DNA from: a virus
Taxonomy: Duplodnaviria > Caudoviricetes
Virus record (IMG/VR): IMGVR_UViG_2675903691_000001
Span: 5,365 to 69,364 of that record
Reading direction: 5' to 3' (one strand)
DNA: 64,000 nucleotides
How positions within the stretch are numbered: position 1 is the first letter of the stretch; each line of letters opens with the position of its first letter. The position numbers and the translations under genes were made by a program. The notes beneath the pieces are model-generated. The model worked only from the letters and a program-made list of their open reading frames with translations. It was not told where the DNA came from and did not search any database. This document shows positions 29,842-38,764 of this stretch, piece after piece.

Positions 29842-31023
29842 TTAAACTGCGGGTTGCCCCTGGGTTGCGCGGAAGCCGCTGACGAACATGGAGTTCAGTT
29901 CCCCAGACGTGGCGACAACCGGGCTGTCGTACGACTGGACGTGATTCGCTCCGCCTTGCGGCTGGTGAGCAGCACGCTGCAGGGCGTTATTGAGAAAGCT
30001 GTTTGGTTGCGGTGCGGGCGCTGGTGCCGGCTGGGGAGCGGGAACCTGCGGAGTCGGTACGGGGGCAGCGACAGGTGCCGGTGCGGCCGGAGCCTGGCCG
30101 GTGATGCCCGCGTACTTCTTGCCCATCGCAATGAGCTTTTGCGGATCAGTGATCCCCGACTGCTGCAGTTCTTCGACGACGTTGTAAAACTGCTCGCCCT
30201 GCGGACTCAGCGACTTGCCGTCCTGGCCGTAGAGCCATGACGCGTTTTCGCGTTCGAACGACTGCACCGTGTTTTGCTGTTCGCGCTCCTGGAACCGCTT
30301 TTCGATGGCGGCTTCGAGATCTTGCGTCCAGGCCCGCTGCATCGGCTCCCGCAGCTTCTCGTAGAAGTCCTGATAGGGATTGCTCCGCATCAGTTGCTGC
30401 CACTGAGTCGTCTGCTGATCCATCGCCTGGTTCAGGCCGGGCAGGATCGGAGCGACGGCGGCTTCGTATCCCGGCGCAGCAACGTACAGGCCCGTGGTCT
30501 CATCAGCCCGGACCATGCCGCGCTGCAACACCTGCGTGTACTGATCCTGCCACTGGGGAGCCTTCCACTGTTCGCGGAAGTAACTTTCCGGGGTCCACTC
30601 TGGCGGGGTCGCTGGAGCAGGTTGCTGCTGAGGAGCGTTCCGCTGTTGCAGGTACGACTGGAATTCCTGAGCGAAGGGCATCAGGCCCTGGCCGTACTGC
30701 GCCAGCGGTTGAAGCCGCTGGTATTCCTGCATGACCTGCTGGGCGATTTCTTCCGCGGTCGCCTGTTCGTTGACGGTCAGCCCGAGGGCCACCGCCTGGG
30801 AATACAACTGGCTGGGAACCTGCGGCGCCGGAGTCGGGGCGACTGGCTCAACCGGGGCGACTGATTGACTGCGAAAGGTGTCGGAAAAGGCGGAGGAGAG
30901 ATCGCCTTCGGGTTCCGGAGTCGAGGGGGCGGCCACAATCGGTGCGGGCGCATTGGCGACAACGGGAGCGAGTTCCGGGGCCGGAGCAGCGGGAGCGGTC
31001 GGGGTGGCAGTTGCAAGGCTCAT
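29842..31023 (-). CDS. Capsid scaffolding protein
   Basis: P/A/Q-rich termini with coiled-coil core, directly upstream of MCP. Confidence 0.75.
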   Translation of the reverse strand: MSLATATPTAPAAPAPELAPVVANAPAPIVAAPSTPEPEGDLSSAFSDTFRSQSVAPVEPVAPTPAPQVPSQLYSQAVALGLTVNEQATAEEIAQQVMQEYQRLQPLAQYGQGLMPFAQEFQSYLQQRNAPQQQPAPATPPEWTPESYFREQWKAPQWQDQYTQVLQRGMVRADETTGLYVAAPGYEAAVAPILPGLNQAMDQQTTQWQQLMRSNPYQDFYEKLREPMQRAWTQDLEAAIEKRFQEREQQNTVQSFERENASWLYGQDGKSLSPQGEQFYNVVEELQQSGITDPQKLIAMGKKYAGITGQAPAAPAPVAAPVPTPQVPAPQPAPAPAPQPNSFLNNALQRAAHQPQGGANHVQSYDSPVVATSGELNSMFVSGFRATQGQPAV

Positions 31024-31161
31024 GGTTCAACTCGGATCTGGGTGGGTGTGTGGTCCGTGTGTGACGCAAGGATTTACCAAAAACTCTGGTCGCAACATTG
31101 CTGCATCGGTACACTTGCGCAACAACGCGCACGATCGCACAGGTTTTCTAGGAGTCCACCC

Positions 31162-31395
31162 ATGCCCATCGCAGAGATCACGACAGGACTGGAGATGCTC
31201 AGTGACTTTGCGCGTCGCCTGAAAAGAGACCACTCGACAGTCCGGCGTTGGGCAACAAAAGGGGTCTGGAACGTCTCTCGCACCCGTAAGGTGTTTCTGA
31301 AAACGACGTTGACGCCGCAGGGGAAAGCCACCTGTGAAGAGTTCTACGCCCAGTTCATCCGCGACCTGAATAAGGTCTCGCGGCGCAGGCGGTAA
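31162..31395 (+). CDS. DUF1580-like/excisionase-type HTH protein
   Basis: HSTVRRWATKG motif, 77 aa, GGAG RBS. Confidence 0.7.
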   Translation: MPIAEITTGLEMLSDFARRLKRDHSTVRRWATKGVWNVSRTRKVFLKTTLTPQGKATCEEFYAQFIRDLNKVSRRRR

Positions 31396-31418
31396 GTAGC
31401 AATCTTGCAGCCAGCCAG

Positions 31419-31447
31419 TTGACAGCGACGGCAGCGTTGCAAAGAAT
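31419..31447 (+). promoter_or_regulatory. Sigma70-type promoter
   Basis: TTGACA-17 nt-AAGAAT. Confidence 0.65.
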
Positions 31448-31462
31448 GCCGGGTGTCAGAAA

Positions 31463-31566
31463 TCGCCGGCCAGCGAACAACCCGTTCTCAGGATGTTTCT
31501 CCCCCGGGAGAAGTGGTGACCCTTGGCCGGCGACCCACAGCGCATCTTGAGAACGGGTTGTTTTTG
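31463..31566 (+). ncRNA. Structured leader/attenuator or sRNA
   Basis: 20-bp stem 31476-95/31543-62 (one G.U) plus U tract; crossing 10-bp pairing 31463-72/31524-33. Confidence 0.6.
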
Positions 31567-31585
31567 TTTATGGGGAAGGGCTGCA

Positions 31586-31834
31586 ATGCAGACTCAGTCG
31601 TTGTCATTCATTCTCGTCCATCACAACATTGGGCGTGGAATTCCTCTTCCGACGTATCTCGACCCTTCTCAGATTGAGTCGATTTGCGCTCAGCGAGACG
31701 GGTCTTTAATACGCACAAAGACTGGTCAGACGCTCGCGGTGATTCAGGACATCACGTTGGTCATGGAACTAATTCAGCGGACATCAGACACAAAACTGGG
31801 ACAGCAAATAGATCTCAATGAGGACACGCCATGA
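31586..31834 (+). CDS. Hypothetical protein
   Basis: 82 aa with GGGGAAGG RBS; ATGA coupling to next gene. Confidence 0.6.
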   Translation: MQTQSLSFILVHHNIGRGIPLPTYLDPSQIESICAQRDGSLIRTKTGQTLAVIQDITLVMELIQRTSDTKLGQQIDLNEDTP

Positions 31835-32259
31835 ACACCGACTACCCCCAGCCCGGCCCGGAACTCGACCGACTCGTCGCGGAGGCGATTGGGATTGATT
31901 CCGATTTTCACAACTGGCGACCAGAAAACGCTTCTGCCTACAACAGTGAGCGTCACAACTGGGACTGCCTTCGTTGCAACATGGAAATTGACACTGACAT
32001 GCCTTCTAAATCAGAGCAGGCAGAGATTGATGATGGAAAGTGCGTACCTGCCTATTCCACCGACTGGAACGACGCGATGCTCGCCGCGGAGAAGGCGGGG
32101 CTGTTTGATATTCCTCATGGAATTGCAATTAGCCGCTGGAAGGACAGAGATCCCGGCGTTGACGCATGGTATTGCGTAGGCGATTTGCAGTCTTCTGGAA
32201 CAACGACCACGGGACCGCACGCAATCAGCATCGCCATCCTCAGACTGAAAGGGAAGTAA
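31831..32259 (+). CDS. Phage ABA-sandwich-like protein
   Basis: ELDRLVAEAIG...PAYSTDWNDA...AISIAILR. Confidence 0.65.
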   Translation: MNTDYPQPGPELDRLVAEAIGIDSDFHNWRPENASAYNSERHNWDCLRCNMEIDTDMPSKSEQAEIDDGKCVPAYSTDWNDAMLAAEKAGLFDIPHGIAISRWKDRDPGVDAWYCVGDLQSSGTTTTGPHAISIAILRLKGK

Positions 32260-32567
32260 TGAAACTTCGCAAGTCGCTGCCAGTGAAGCTTGAGTTTCAT
32301 GAACTGTTTCACCTCTACACACATGAGCCTAAAGATCAGCGTGATTGGATGGCCCACACCTGCATTGGACGAATTCGCGTCCACTACGACAAAAGGGATT
32401 CAACACCAACTGATCAGCGATGGTCCTTCATGTTCGATTCCCCTTTATCAATTGAAGTAAGGGGTGATAAAGGACCATTTTCATCTCGTGACGTAGCGAT
32501 TCAGGCTGCGATTGATTTTTACAATGACTTTCTCGAAAGCCTGATTGTTCTTTTGAAAGGGAAGTAA
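32259..32567 (+). CDS. Hypothetical protein
   Basis: TAATG-coupled, 102 aa, AT-richer than neighbours. Confidence 0.7.
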   Translation: MKLRKSLPVKLEFHELFHLYTHEPKDQRDWMAHTCIGRIRVHYDKRDSTPTDQRWSFMFDSPLSIEVRGDKGPFSSRDVAIQAAIDFYNDFLESLIVLLKGK

Positions 32568-33628
32568 TGGCCAGCAACCATCTCCTTCGTAGCCAATCCC
32601 TGCAGGAACGCCACCGCCGGGAGCGACTTGCCGCCGGCCGCGCAAGAGCGGCCCGCATCGCAGCACTGGTGGCTCCTTCGGCGCCGCACGTCCCGACAGC
32701 CTACGCCTACGGTCGGATCAGCCACGATGAGCAGGCCAAGACGGGGGAATCGATCGAGGCGCAGCAGCAGCGCACGCAGGACTTCTACAAACTGCAACTG
32801 GCACACACCAATGTCGTCTGGGGCGGCTTCTACTCAGAGCCCGGTCACATCTCCGCGTACAAGAAGAACTTCTTCAACCGCCCGACGGCGAAACTGGTTG
32901 TCGGACAGATGAAACCCGGCGATCACTTCATCATCGACAAGATCGACCGGCTCTGGCGCTCGATTCGGGACTTCTCCGAAGTGCTGACCTGGATGCGGAA
33001 TCAGCAGATTAACCTGCACATCGTGAACCTCATGGGCGCTCAGGTCAGTCTCGGGACGCCGATGGGCGACTTCATGGTGACGATGATGGTCGCCACGGCC
33101 CAGCTCGAGTCCGCCCAGAAGTCCGACCGCGTCAAGGCGGCGCTCCGGCACGGCATGTCGCAGGGATACTGGAAGTCCAGTTGCACTCCGCTCGGCTGCC
33201 TGGTCACCGGAAAAAGGCCGAAGCGGCGGATTCACTGGGACTGGCCGACGCGGTCGATCATGGCTCAGATCGTCTATCTCCATGAGGAATGCGGGATCGG
33301 ATTTTTCAGGATGCCCACGAGGCTCCGCGCACACATGGAAGCGATGTTTCCCGACAAGGAGTTCGACTGGCGATTCTGGACGGATCGCCGGTGTTCGCTC
33401 GGGTACATCTACGAGAAGCACTACCGGCTCGTCGATCACCCGATGAAGGTCGACTTCCAGAACATCCAACGCGGTAAGACCAAGGCCGCGCGTCACATCG
33501 GAAACGAAACAGGGACGGCAAATGCCGCCCCTGTGGGTGCCTCTTCGGATTCTGCGGCCGAGGTTCACTCGACTGGCCATGGTCCAGACGACGGAACCGC
33601 GATGTCAGCCACGTCCCCGATCAGTTGA
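32567..33628 (+). CDS. Serine recombinase (resolvase/integrase family)
   Basis: YGRISHDEQ catalytic motif, SIEAQ, DKIDRLWRS. Confidence 0.9.
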   Translation: MASNHLLRSQSLQERHRRERLAAGRARAARIAALVAPSAPHVPTAYAYGRISHDEQAKTGESIEAQQQRTQDFYKLQLAHTNVVWGGFYSEPGHISAYKKNFFNRPTAKLVVGQMKPGDHFIIDKIDRLWRSIRDFSEVLTWMRNQQINLHIVNLMGAQVSLGTPMGDFMVTMMVATAQLESAQKSDRVKAALRHGMSQGYWKSSCTPLGCLVTGKRPKRRIHWDWPTRSIMAQIVYLHEECGIGFFRMPTRLRAHMEAMFPDKEFDWRFWTDRRCSLGYIYEKHYRLVDHPMKVDFQNIQRGKTKAARHIGNETGTANAAPVGASSDSAAEVHSTGHGPDDGTAMSATSPIS

Positions 33629-33930
33629 TCGAGTTGGCTGGCGTCCATTGCAGATCCCTTGGCGGCCAGTGATCTCGCCATCTTCCAGTCATCGCCCTTG
33701 TACCCGGAGTCCTTCAGCGCACGTCTGATTTGGTGTTTGGCGATCAGACCGCCTTTCTTGATCTGGGCTCTGGCCGACGCCTGGCTTTGGCACCCGCGAA
33801 TCAGATTCAGCAGTGCCGTGATGATTGCGAGGATCGTGAGCGGGTCGATCGTCGCCGGGGCGTTTGGATTCGCTTCCGCATTGGCGTCCGTGATAGCACT
33901 CGTCAGCAGCGTCTCTGTGTCTTCATTCAT
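33565..33930 (-). CDS. Membrane-associated protein of the lysis cassette
   Basis: IDPLTILAIITALLNLIRGC hydrophobic segment. Confidence 0.65.
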   Translation of the reverse strand: MNEDTETLLTSAITDANAEANPNAPATIDPLTILAIITALLNLIRGCQSQASARAQIKKGGLIAKHQIRRALKDSGYKGDDWKMARSLAAKGSAMDASQLDQLIGDVADIAVPSSGPWPVE

Positions 33931-33990
33931 TAGTTCTGTCCTGCGGGTGGTGGTGCTTTAAGGATGCTGTGCTGAGGGCAACAAAGCAGA

Positions 33991-34389
33991 TCAGTCTGGA
34001 ACCCAGACCTGCTTGCAGTAGCCGCCAAAGCACCGCGTCTCGTAGTGACCGCTTGGGGATTTAGGCGACCGTGCCGATTGCTCGAACTTGGCACCCAACT
34101 CCTTTTCATGAATCGCGGAGTGCAACTTCTCCTGGTCCGAAGGCGATAGCGATTCGATCACCGTCGCCGAGACACCATGCTCCAGCAGGTGCTGGCGGAT
34201 CGGCCTGCCTGGATGCGACCACGTCCGGTTGCGATACCAGAGCGTGATAAACGCCTCGACCGGAATTCCTTGGACTTCCAGTTGCGGACTTCGAGACTGA
34301 ACTGGGACAGGATCAGCAGCCCAGAGGGACCATGCGGTTTCGCCGTATGCGGTTCCGCACAACAACAACAGAATGAGGATCGATTTCAC
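33991..34389 (-). CDS. Secreted small protein with His-rich motif
   Basis: Signal peptide; WSHPG...HLLEHG...KLHSAIHE; CFGGYC tail. Confidence 0.7.
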   Translation of the reverse strand: MKSILILLLLCGTAYGETAWSLWAADPVPVQSRSPQLEVQGIPVEAFITLWYRNRTWSHPGRPIRQHLLEHGVSATVIESLSPSDQEKLHSAIHEKELGAKFEQSARSPKSPSGHYETRCFGGYCKQVWVPD

Positions 34390-35324
34390 CAGATGCTCCA
34401 GTCGATGTTCCGTTTCGGGAAGCCTTTGAATCCCGACACGGCGAACGAATCGTTCTGCCGCAACATCTTGTTGCAGGTGTCGGCATCCACCCAGAATGTC
34501 CCGTCCGGCTGCTCGTGCCGCTTGGGGCCGCTGAAGTAGGTCGCGCCCCAGGACGAGTTGTCACACAGCAGGCCGGGCCGGCCGAAGCTGTCATCGGCCG
34601 CAATGAAGCACATACAGTGGCTCCAGCTTCCCGACGGACGGCAGAACCCGTCGTTGTCGCGTTTCGCCGTGAAACCCTGATTCGAACAGACCGGGACCGG
34701 ATAGCCATTGAAGATCGCGTCGCGGGCCTGTTCGTAGGTGTTGACGAGCGCCGTCTGCTGGATCGGATGTTCGTCGGCGATCTGCTCCAAGGCGTCGGCA
34801 TTCGATGGGCCGCGGTATCCCCAATCCTTCGCTCGGTCGCCCGAGTAACTGGTCAGATCAACCCCATCGTAGGGTTGGCGGAACAGGATGCCGTGATCCT
34901 TCACCGCCTGCGCGGCCCAGGCTCCAACAGATCCGTCGCCTCGCCCCAGCCGGCCCTTGCCGACCAGCACGCGGGACGTGAAGTAAATCCACTCGGTCGC
35001 CGGCATCTTTTCTGGGAACTCTTCAGCATCCCCTTTTAGGAAGATGTCCACCGCCATTGTCAGTGCGACGCCCTTCATCCAGCCGAACGACACGCAATCG
35101 CCGATCAGTTGCCGCAGGATCGGGTAAGCCTTCTCGCCATAGGCCTTTTCGAGCATTTTGTAGAGTAGGGCAATTTGCCCGGCTCCGGTTCCTGCGATGT
35201 CAGTGCCGGCCGCGCTGAGTAGCGGCATATCCTGCATGACACGCTCAACTTCCTTGTTGACCGTATACGTCCGCTCGTCCGGGGGAACCCATCCAAACGG
35301 TGGCTGTTGAATCGCGTCGCTCAT
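34386..35324 (-). CDS. Papain-like (C1) cysteine peptidase, candidate lysin
   Basis: QLIGDCVSFG (Gln/Cys), WSHCM (His), DNSSWG (Asn). Confidence 0.85.
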   Translation of the reverse strand: MSDAIQQPPFGWVPPDERTYTVNKEVERVMQDMPLLSAAGTDIAGTGAGQIALLYKMLEKAYGEKAYPILRQLIGDCVSFGWMKGVALTMAVDIFLKGDAEEFPEKMPATEWIYFTSRVLVGKGRLGRGDGSVGAWAAQAVKDHGILFRQPYDGVDLTSYSGDRAKDWGYRGPSNADALEQIADEHPIQQTALVNTYEQARDAIFNGYPVPVCSNQGFTAKRDNDGFCRPSGSWSHCMCFIAADDSFGRPGLLCDNSSWGATYFSGPKRHEQPDGTFWVDADTCNKMLRQNDSFAVSGFKGFPKRNIDWSIW

Positions 35325-35384
35325 GAGACTTCTCGGTGTGTTGGAACTTTTGTGGTGTGAAACGAACTCAGCAGAGACGGCGGA

Positions 35385-36185
35385 TCAGTTTCCGATGAAG
35401 CCCTTGATTCCATTGAGCTCCTGTTGAATCCCCTGAATCGTCCCCTTCAGCGTCTCGTTCGAAGCGTCCGTAGCCGCTGGCACAGAAGCCGCCTTGGCAT
35501 CCACCGCTCGAAGCCCGATCGCAATATCATCGAACGCTCCAACGGCCTTCGAGATGTCCGTAACGGGACTCATCGTCGCGACAAAAAACTGCTGAAAACT
35601 TGTCCAGCGGGACTTCGCGTCGTCGTCAATGATCACGGTCGCGCGACTTGCTGTTGCAAATTCCGACTTCAACTTGTCGAGCGTCCAACCCAGCGCGGCA
35701 GCCTGACTCGCTGAGTTTTGAAGGGCATCCGCGAGTTTTGTCGCCTCGCCCGATTTCCGATTCACGAGTTTTGCGGCGTTGTAGGCGCTCAATTGCAGGC
35801 CAGTCAGCGTTGGACCTGGGGTCGGAGGAGGCGGAACGGGCCCAGGTCCGGGACCGGGAGTCGGAGTTCCAACCTGCACTGTGTGCTTACTGACGGCAAT
35901 GCTCGATTTTCCATCCACCGTCTTCGCCGTCGCGAGCAGGAACGTGTACGGCGCCGATTCCCCGGATGCAAAAACGCACTTCTGATTGCTCTCGACCGGC
36001 AGGAACGCCTTGTCGGAGTTCGCCAGGATCCAGACGAGCGAATCACAGTCAGAGCTCGAGCCATCCAAAATGATCAGGTCGCCCGGGGAAGCCTTTTCGG
36101 GGCCCTTGATGACGGAAGTCGCCTGCGCGAACGCCATGCAGGGAAGCAGAAACAGCACCGTCGCGAACGTCAGAAATTGTCGCAT
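35385..36185 (-). CDS. Secreted protein: PKD/Ig-like domain, Pro-Gly linker, helical domain
   Basis: Signal peptide MRQFLTFATVLFLLPCMAFA; PGPGPGPVPPPP linker. Confidence 0.75.
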   Translation of the reverse strand: MRQFLTFATVLFLLPCMAFAQATSVIKGPEKASPGDLIILDGSSSDCDSLVWILANSDKAFLPVESNQKCVFASGESAPYTFLLATAKTVDGKSSIAVSKHTVQVGTPTPGPGPGPVPPPPTPGPTLTGLQLSAYNAAKLVNRKSGEATKLADALQNSASQAAALGWTLDKLKSEFATASRATVIIDDDAKSRWTSFQQFFVATMSPVTDISKAVGAFDDIAIGLRAVDAKAASVPAATDASNETLKGTIQGIQQELNGIKGFIGN

Positions 36186-36248
36186 CGAAAAGCACCTCGC
36201 AAGGGGAAGGGTGAAGCAGCACTAACAGCAAATCAGCACGACAGTCCG

Positions 36249-36596
36249 TTACCAGACAGACCAGTCGACCTGCTTGAAGGACTCGACGGCTCGGTCGATC
36301 AGCGTCGAAGCCAGCGAGAGCAAAGACTTCTTGATCGCACCGTCGACCGCGGGCTCAATGAAGTTCGGGACATAAGGCAGGTCGTAAGGGACGATGACCG
36401 CGTCGATGAACTGCTCCAGAGCCAACAGCACGATCTGCTTTTTCTCGGGACCGGTGTGCGGCAACTTCTGGGCAACCCCGACGAGCTCGATCACGGCCGC
36501 CTGGACGAGGCCGACAATCTCCCACAGTGAAACGGAGCCATCCGACAGCGCGTCCTTGTACTTCGCGATCAGCCGGTCGAGTGCTTCCTGGAACAT
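36249..36596 (-). CDS. Holin-like/amphipathic helical protein
   Basis: First gene of cassette; hydrophobic helices; GGAG RBS. Confidence 0.5.
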   Translation of the reverse strand: MFQEALDRLIAKYKDALSDGSVSLWEIVGLVQAAVIELVGVAQKLPHTGPEKKQIVLLALEQFIDAVIVPYDLPYVPNFIEPAVDGAIKKSLLSLASTLIDRAVESFKQVDWSVW

Positions 36597-36746
36597 ATTC
36601 GTCGCTCCCTGAGTGTGAAAAAGTGTTTTAACAGGAAGCAATCTTGCTACCACGACGCAACTTTGTCGAGAGATTTCAAGATTTTTAACCTGCTTGCGTG
36701 GAAAACACTTGCGACTCAGACAGGACGCATCAGAGCTACCCGCCTG

Positions 36747-36775
36747 TTGACGGCAACCGCCGGCGTCAGTAATTT
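36747..36775 (+). promoter_or_regulatory. Sigma70-type promoter
   Basis: TTGACG-17 nt-TAATTT. Confidence 0.6.
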
Positions 36776-36780
36776 CGAGA

Positions 36781-36883
36781 CGTCACCCATAAGGATTCCT
36801 ACCGCAAACGCCTCTCTTTCCGGGGGTCGTCCGCGGTGGGAATCACTGTGGGTGACGCGGCCTCCGGAAAGCGGGGCTTTTTT
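36781..36883 (+). ncRNA. Putative ~100-nt hairpin sRNA with intrinsic terminator
   Basis: 11-bp plus 12-bp stems whose non-Watson-Crick pairs are G.U on +; terminator 36860-36883; starts at the predicted TSS. Confidence 0.65.
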
Positions 36884-36946
36884 GTTGCGCAGATGGGAAA
36901 GACGACGTTTACGCTTTAAAGCATAAACTCGAAGCGGGACGCAGAA

Positions 36947-37207
36947 ATGGCCTACGATCCAGAAGAAGACTTCGAAGAATCATGCCGTGGCGTCGAGCAT
37001 TTCGAGGCAGATCTGGAACGACTTCTCGAACGAATGGCCGACGAATACGTCATCTCCCGCGCAGAACTGGTCGGAGTCCTTCACATAACCGCCGCCCGCA
37101 TCTGCCTTTCGCAGATCGACGAGGATGATGAAGACGACGATGACGACTCAGAAAATGGCCCGGACGAACCGGAACCGGCCCCAGCCGTAAGTCAGGAGTC
37201 CACCTGA
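36947..37207 (+). CDS. Highly acidic small protein
   Basis: 86 aa, D/E-rich, coupled to next gene. Confidence 0.7.
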   Translation: MAYDPEEDFEESCRGVEHFEADLERLLERMADEYVISRAELVGVLHITAARICLSQIDEDDEDDDDDSENGPDEPEPAPAVSQEST

Positions 37208-37497
37208 TGCCACGGCCAAGCATCCTGAAACGCCTGTATTCTTGGTTGCAGTCTCGCAGAATTGGCGAGATCCGCTACGTCTGGGCAAGCCCTAAAATGA
37301 GCGGTCCACTTGAGATGCTGCTGCCTCCAGCCTTGTGGGAAGGAGTTGTCGATTTCGACAACAAGGTCCGCCTCCACATGTACCAGGAGGAATGGACCGG
37401 CTTCGACTGGGCAACCAAAGGGCGGGTCACCGTTCGCTTCAAAGACGCCGCCGATGTCATTTCAGGCAAAGTGCAACCTGAACTGGAGCGGTTCTGA
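37207..37497 (+). CDS. Hypothetical protein
   Basis: TGATG coupling on both sides. Confidence 0.7.
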   Translation: MPRPSILKRLYSWLQSRRIGEIRYVWASPKMSGPLEMLLPPALWEGVVDFDNKVRLHMYQEEWTGFDWATKGRVTVRFKDAADVISGKVQPELERF

Positions 37498-37838
37498 TGC
37501 GGGCTGAAGACTGGTCAGGTTCTGGCTCTCAGCGAAAGAACGCAGGAAATCCCTGCCTCTACCCACACGCTTCTCGCCATAAATCACTTCCCCAGAACTA
37601 CTTCGTTCCCGCCGGCACGCCCGCCCTCTTCAAAAAGGTCGGCGACTCTTCCTGGCGACCCATCACCACCAAACGGGAAAACATCTTCGATGATACCTAC
37701 AGGTCCACCCAGGCCACCTACGTCTTCTTCTCCGCAGGGAATCTCCTCTGCGTCAAAAAGAACCTCGTTCAGCGACAGCCGCAAGTATCCGACCAGCGGC
37801 AAAACCTTGGCACCAATAGCCATGAGTCGGATCGGTAA
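37497..37838 (+). CDS. Hypothetical protein
   Basis: TGATG-coupled, 113 aa. Confidence 0.55.
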   Translation: MRAEDWSGSGSQRKNAGNPCLYPHASRHKSLPQNYFVPAGTPALFKKVGDSSWRPITTKRENIFDDTYRSTQATYVFFSAGNLLCVKKNLVQRQPQVSDQRQNLGTNSHESDR

Positions 37839-38705
37839 AGCAGCCCAGAACCGACCGGGAGGCCGAACGGCACCCGACAATCGATGGGGACCAAAAGGAG
37901 AGACATCCGCCTCGCGCTAAAGATCACCAGCGCCCTTGACGCGAGGACCGGCCCTACATTCCAGGGCCGCGCCGGTAAAACACCGGGGATCGATCCTTGC
38001 CAGCCATCATGGCCGGCAAACACAGGGACCAGACGCGAGTAGCATCCGCCTGGCCTAGCCCGACAGACTGCAGTCGTGCGCCACCTCCAAGCGCCAGCAC
38101 ACTCGCTGGCCGACAGCCATTGACGATGGCAATGACGGTTTTGGCCTCCACGATTCCTTCCGGGTCGTCTCTCAAGGTGCTGGTACGTCATCACTTAACC
38201 CATTCTGGATTAAGTGTATCCCACCCATCTTACCACCCCGATTTTGAACTCGCGTTCTCGGGAGGGAATATGAAGTCAAACGCCGACTCGAATGGGGGCC
38301 TCCCCCGGGTGGTCGGAAAACGCGTCCGCCAGCAAAAACACAGGGTTCCAGAGAGGTTCCCGGTCTCTCCGCGCCGAACGGAAGCTGCAAAGCGTTGTGA
38401 GATATAGACTTACGACGAACTGAATACGCCTCTCCACCTCTCAATGGGGCCTATGCGTATCACAACGCTTCATATCCTGAGTCATCATCACTCAGTGTCA
38501 TAAGCGTAGTGTAGGATGCAGGTTGCAGCAGCAGTGGAGCTGTAACTGCTGACTGCGGGTCACCGCCCAGGAAAGAGACCTGAATGCTTGTCATCACATA
38601 GCGGACCAGTTGCCAGGATGAGGTCTGATCTCGACACTGACCTCGTCTCAATGCTCTGCCGTAACGTCATTGTGTCATAGGCTCTTGCGGCGAACATGAG
38701 CGCAT

Positions 38706-38745
38706 AAAAAAACCCCTGCGAGACCATTCAAGGCCTTGCAGGGGT
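38706..38745 (-). terminator. Intrinsic terminator
   Basis: ACCCCTGC/GCAGGGGT stem plus U7 on minus strand. Confidence 0.8.
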
Positions 38746-38764
38746 GAGAGTGTGATTCAGATCA

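Noticed and set aside
32567-33628. attP/attL/attR sites for the serine recombinase
   Set aside because: No host junction in the window and no site identifiable by eye.
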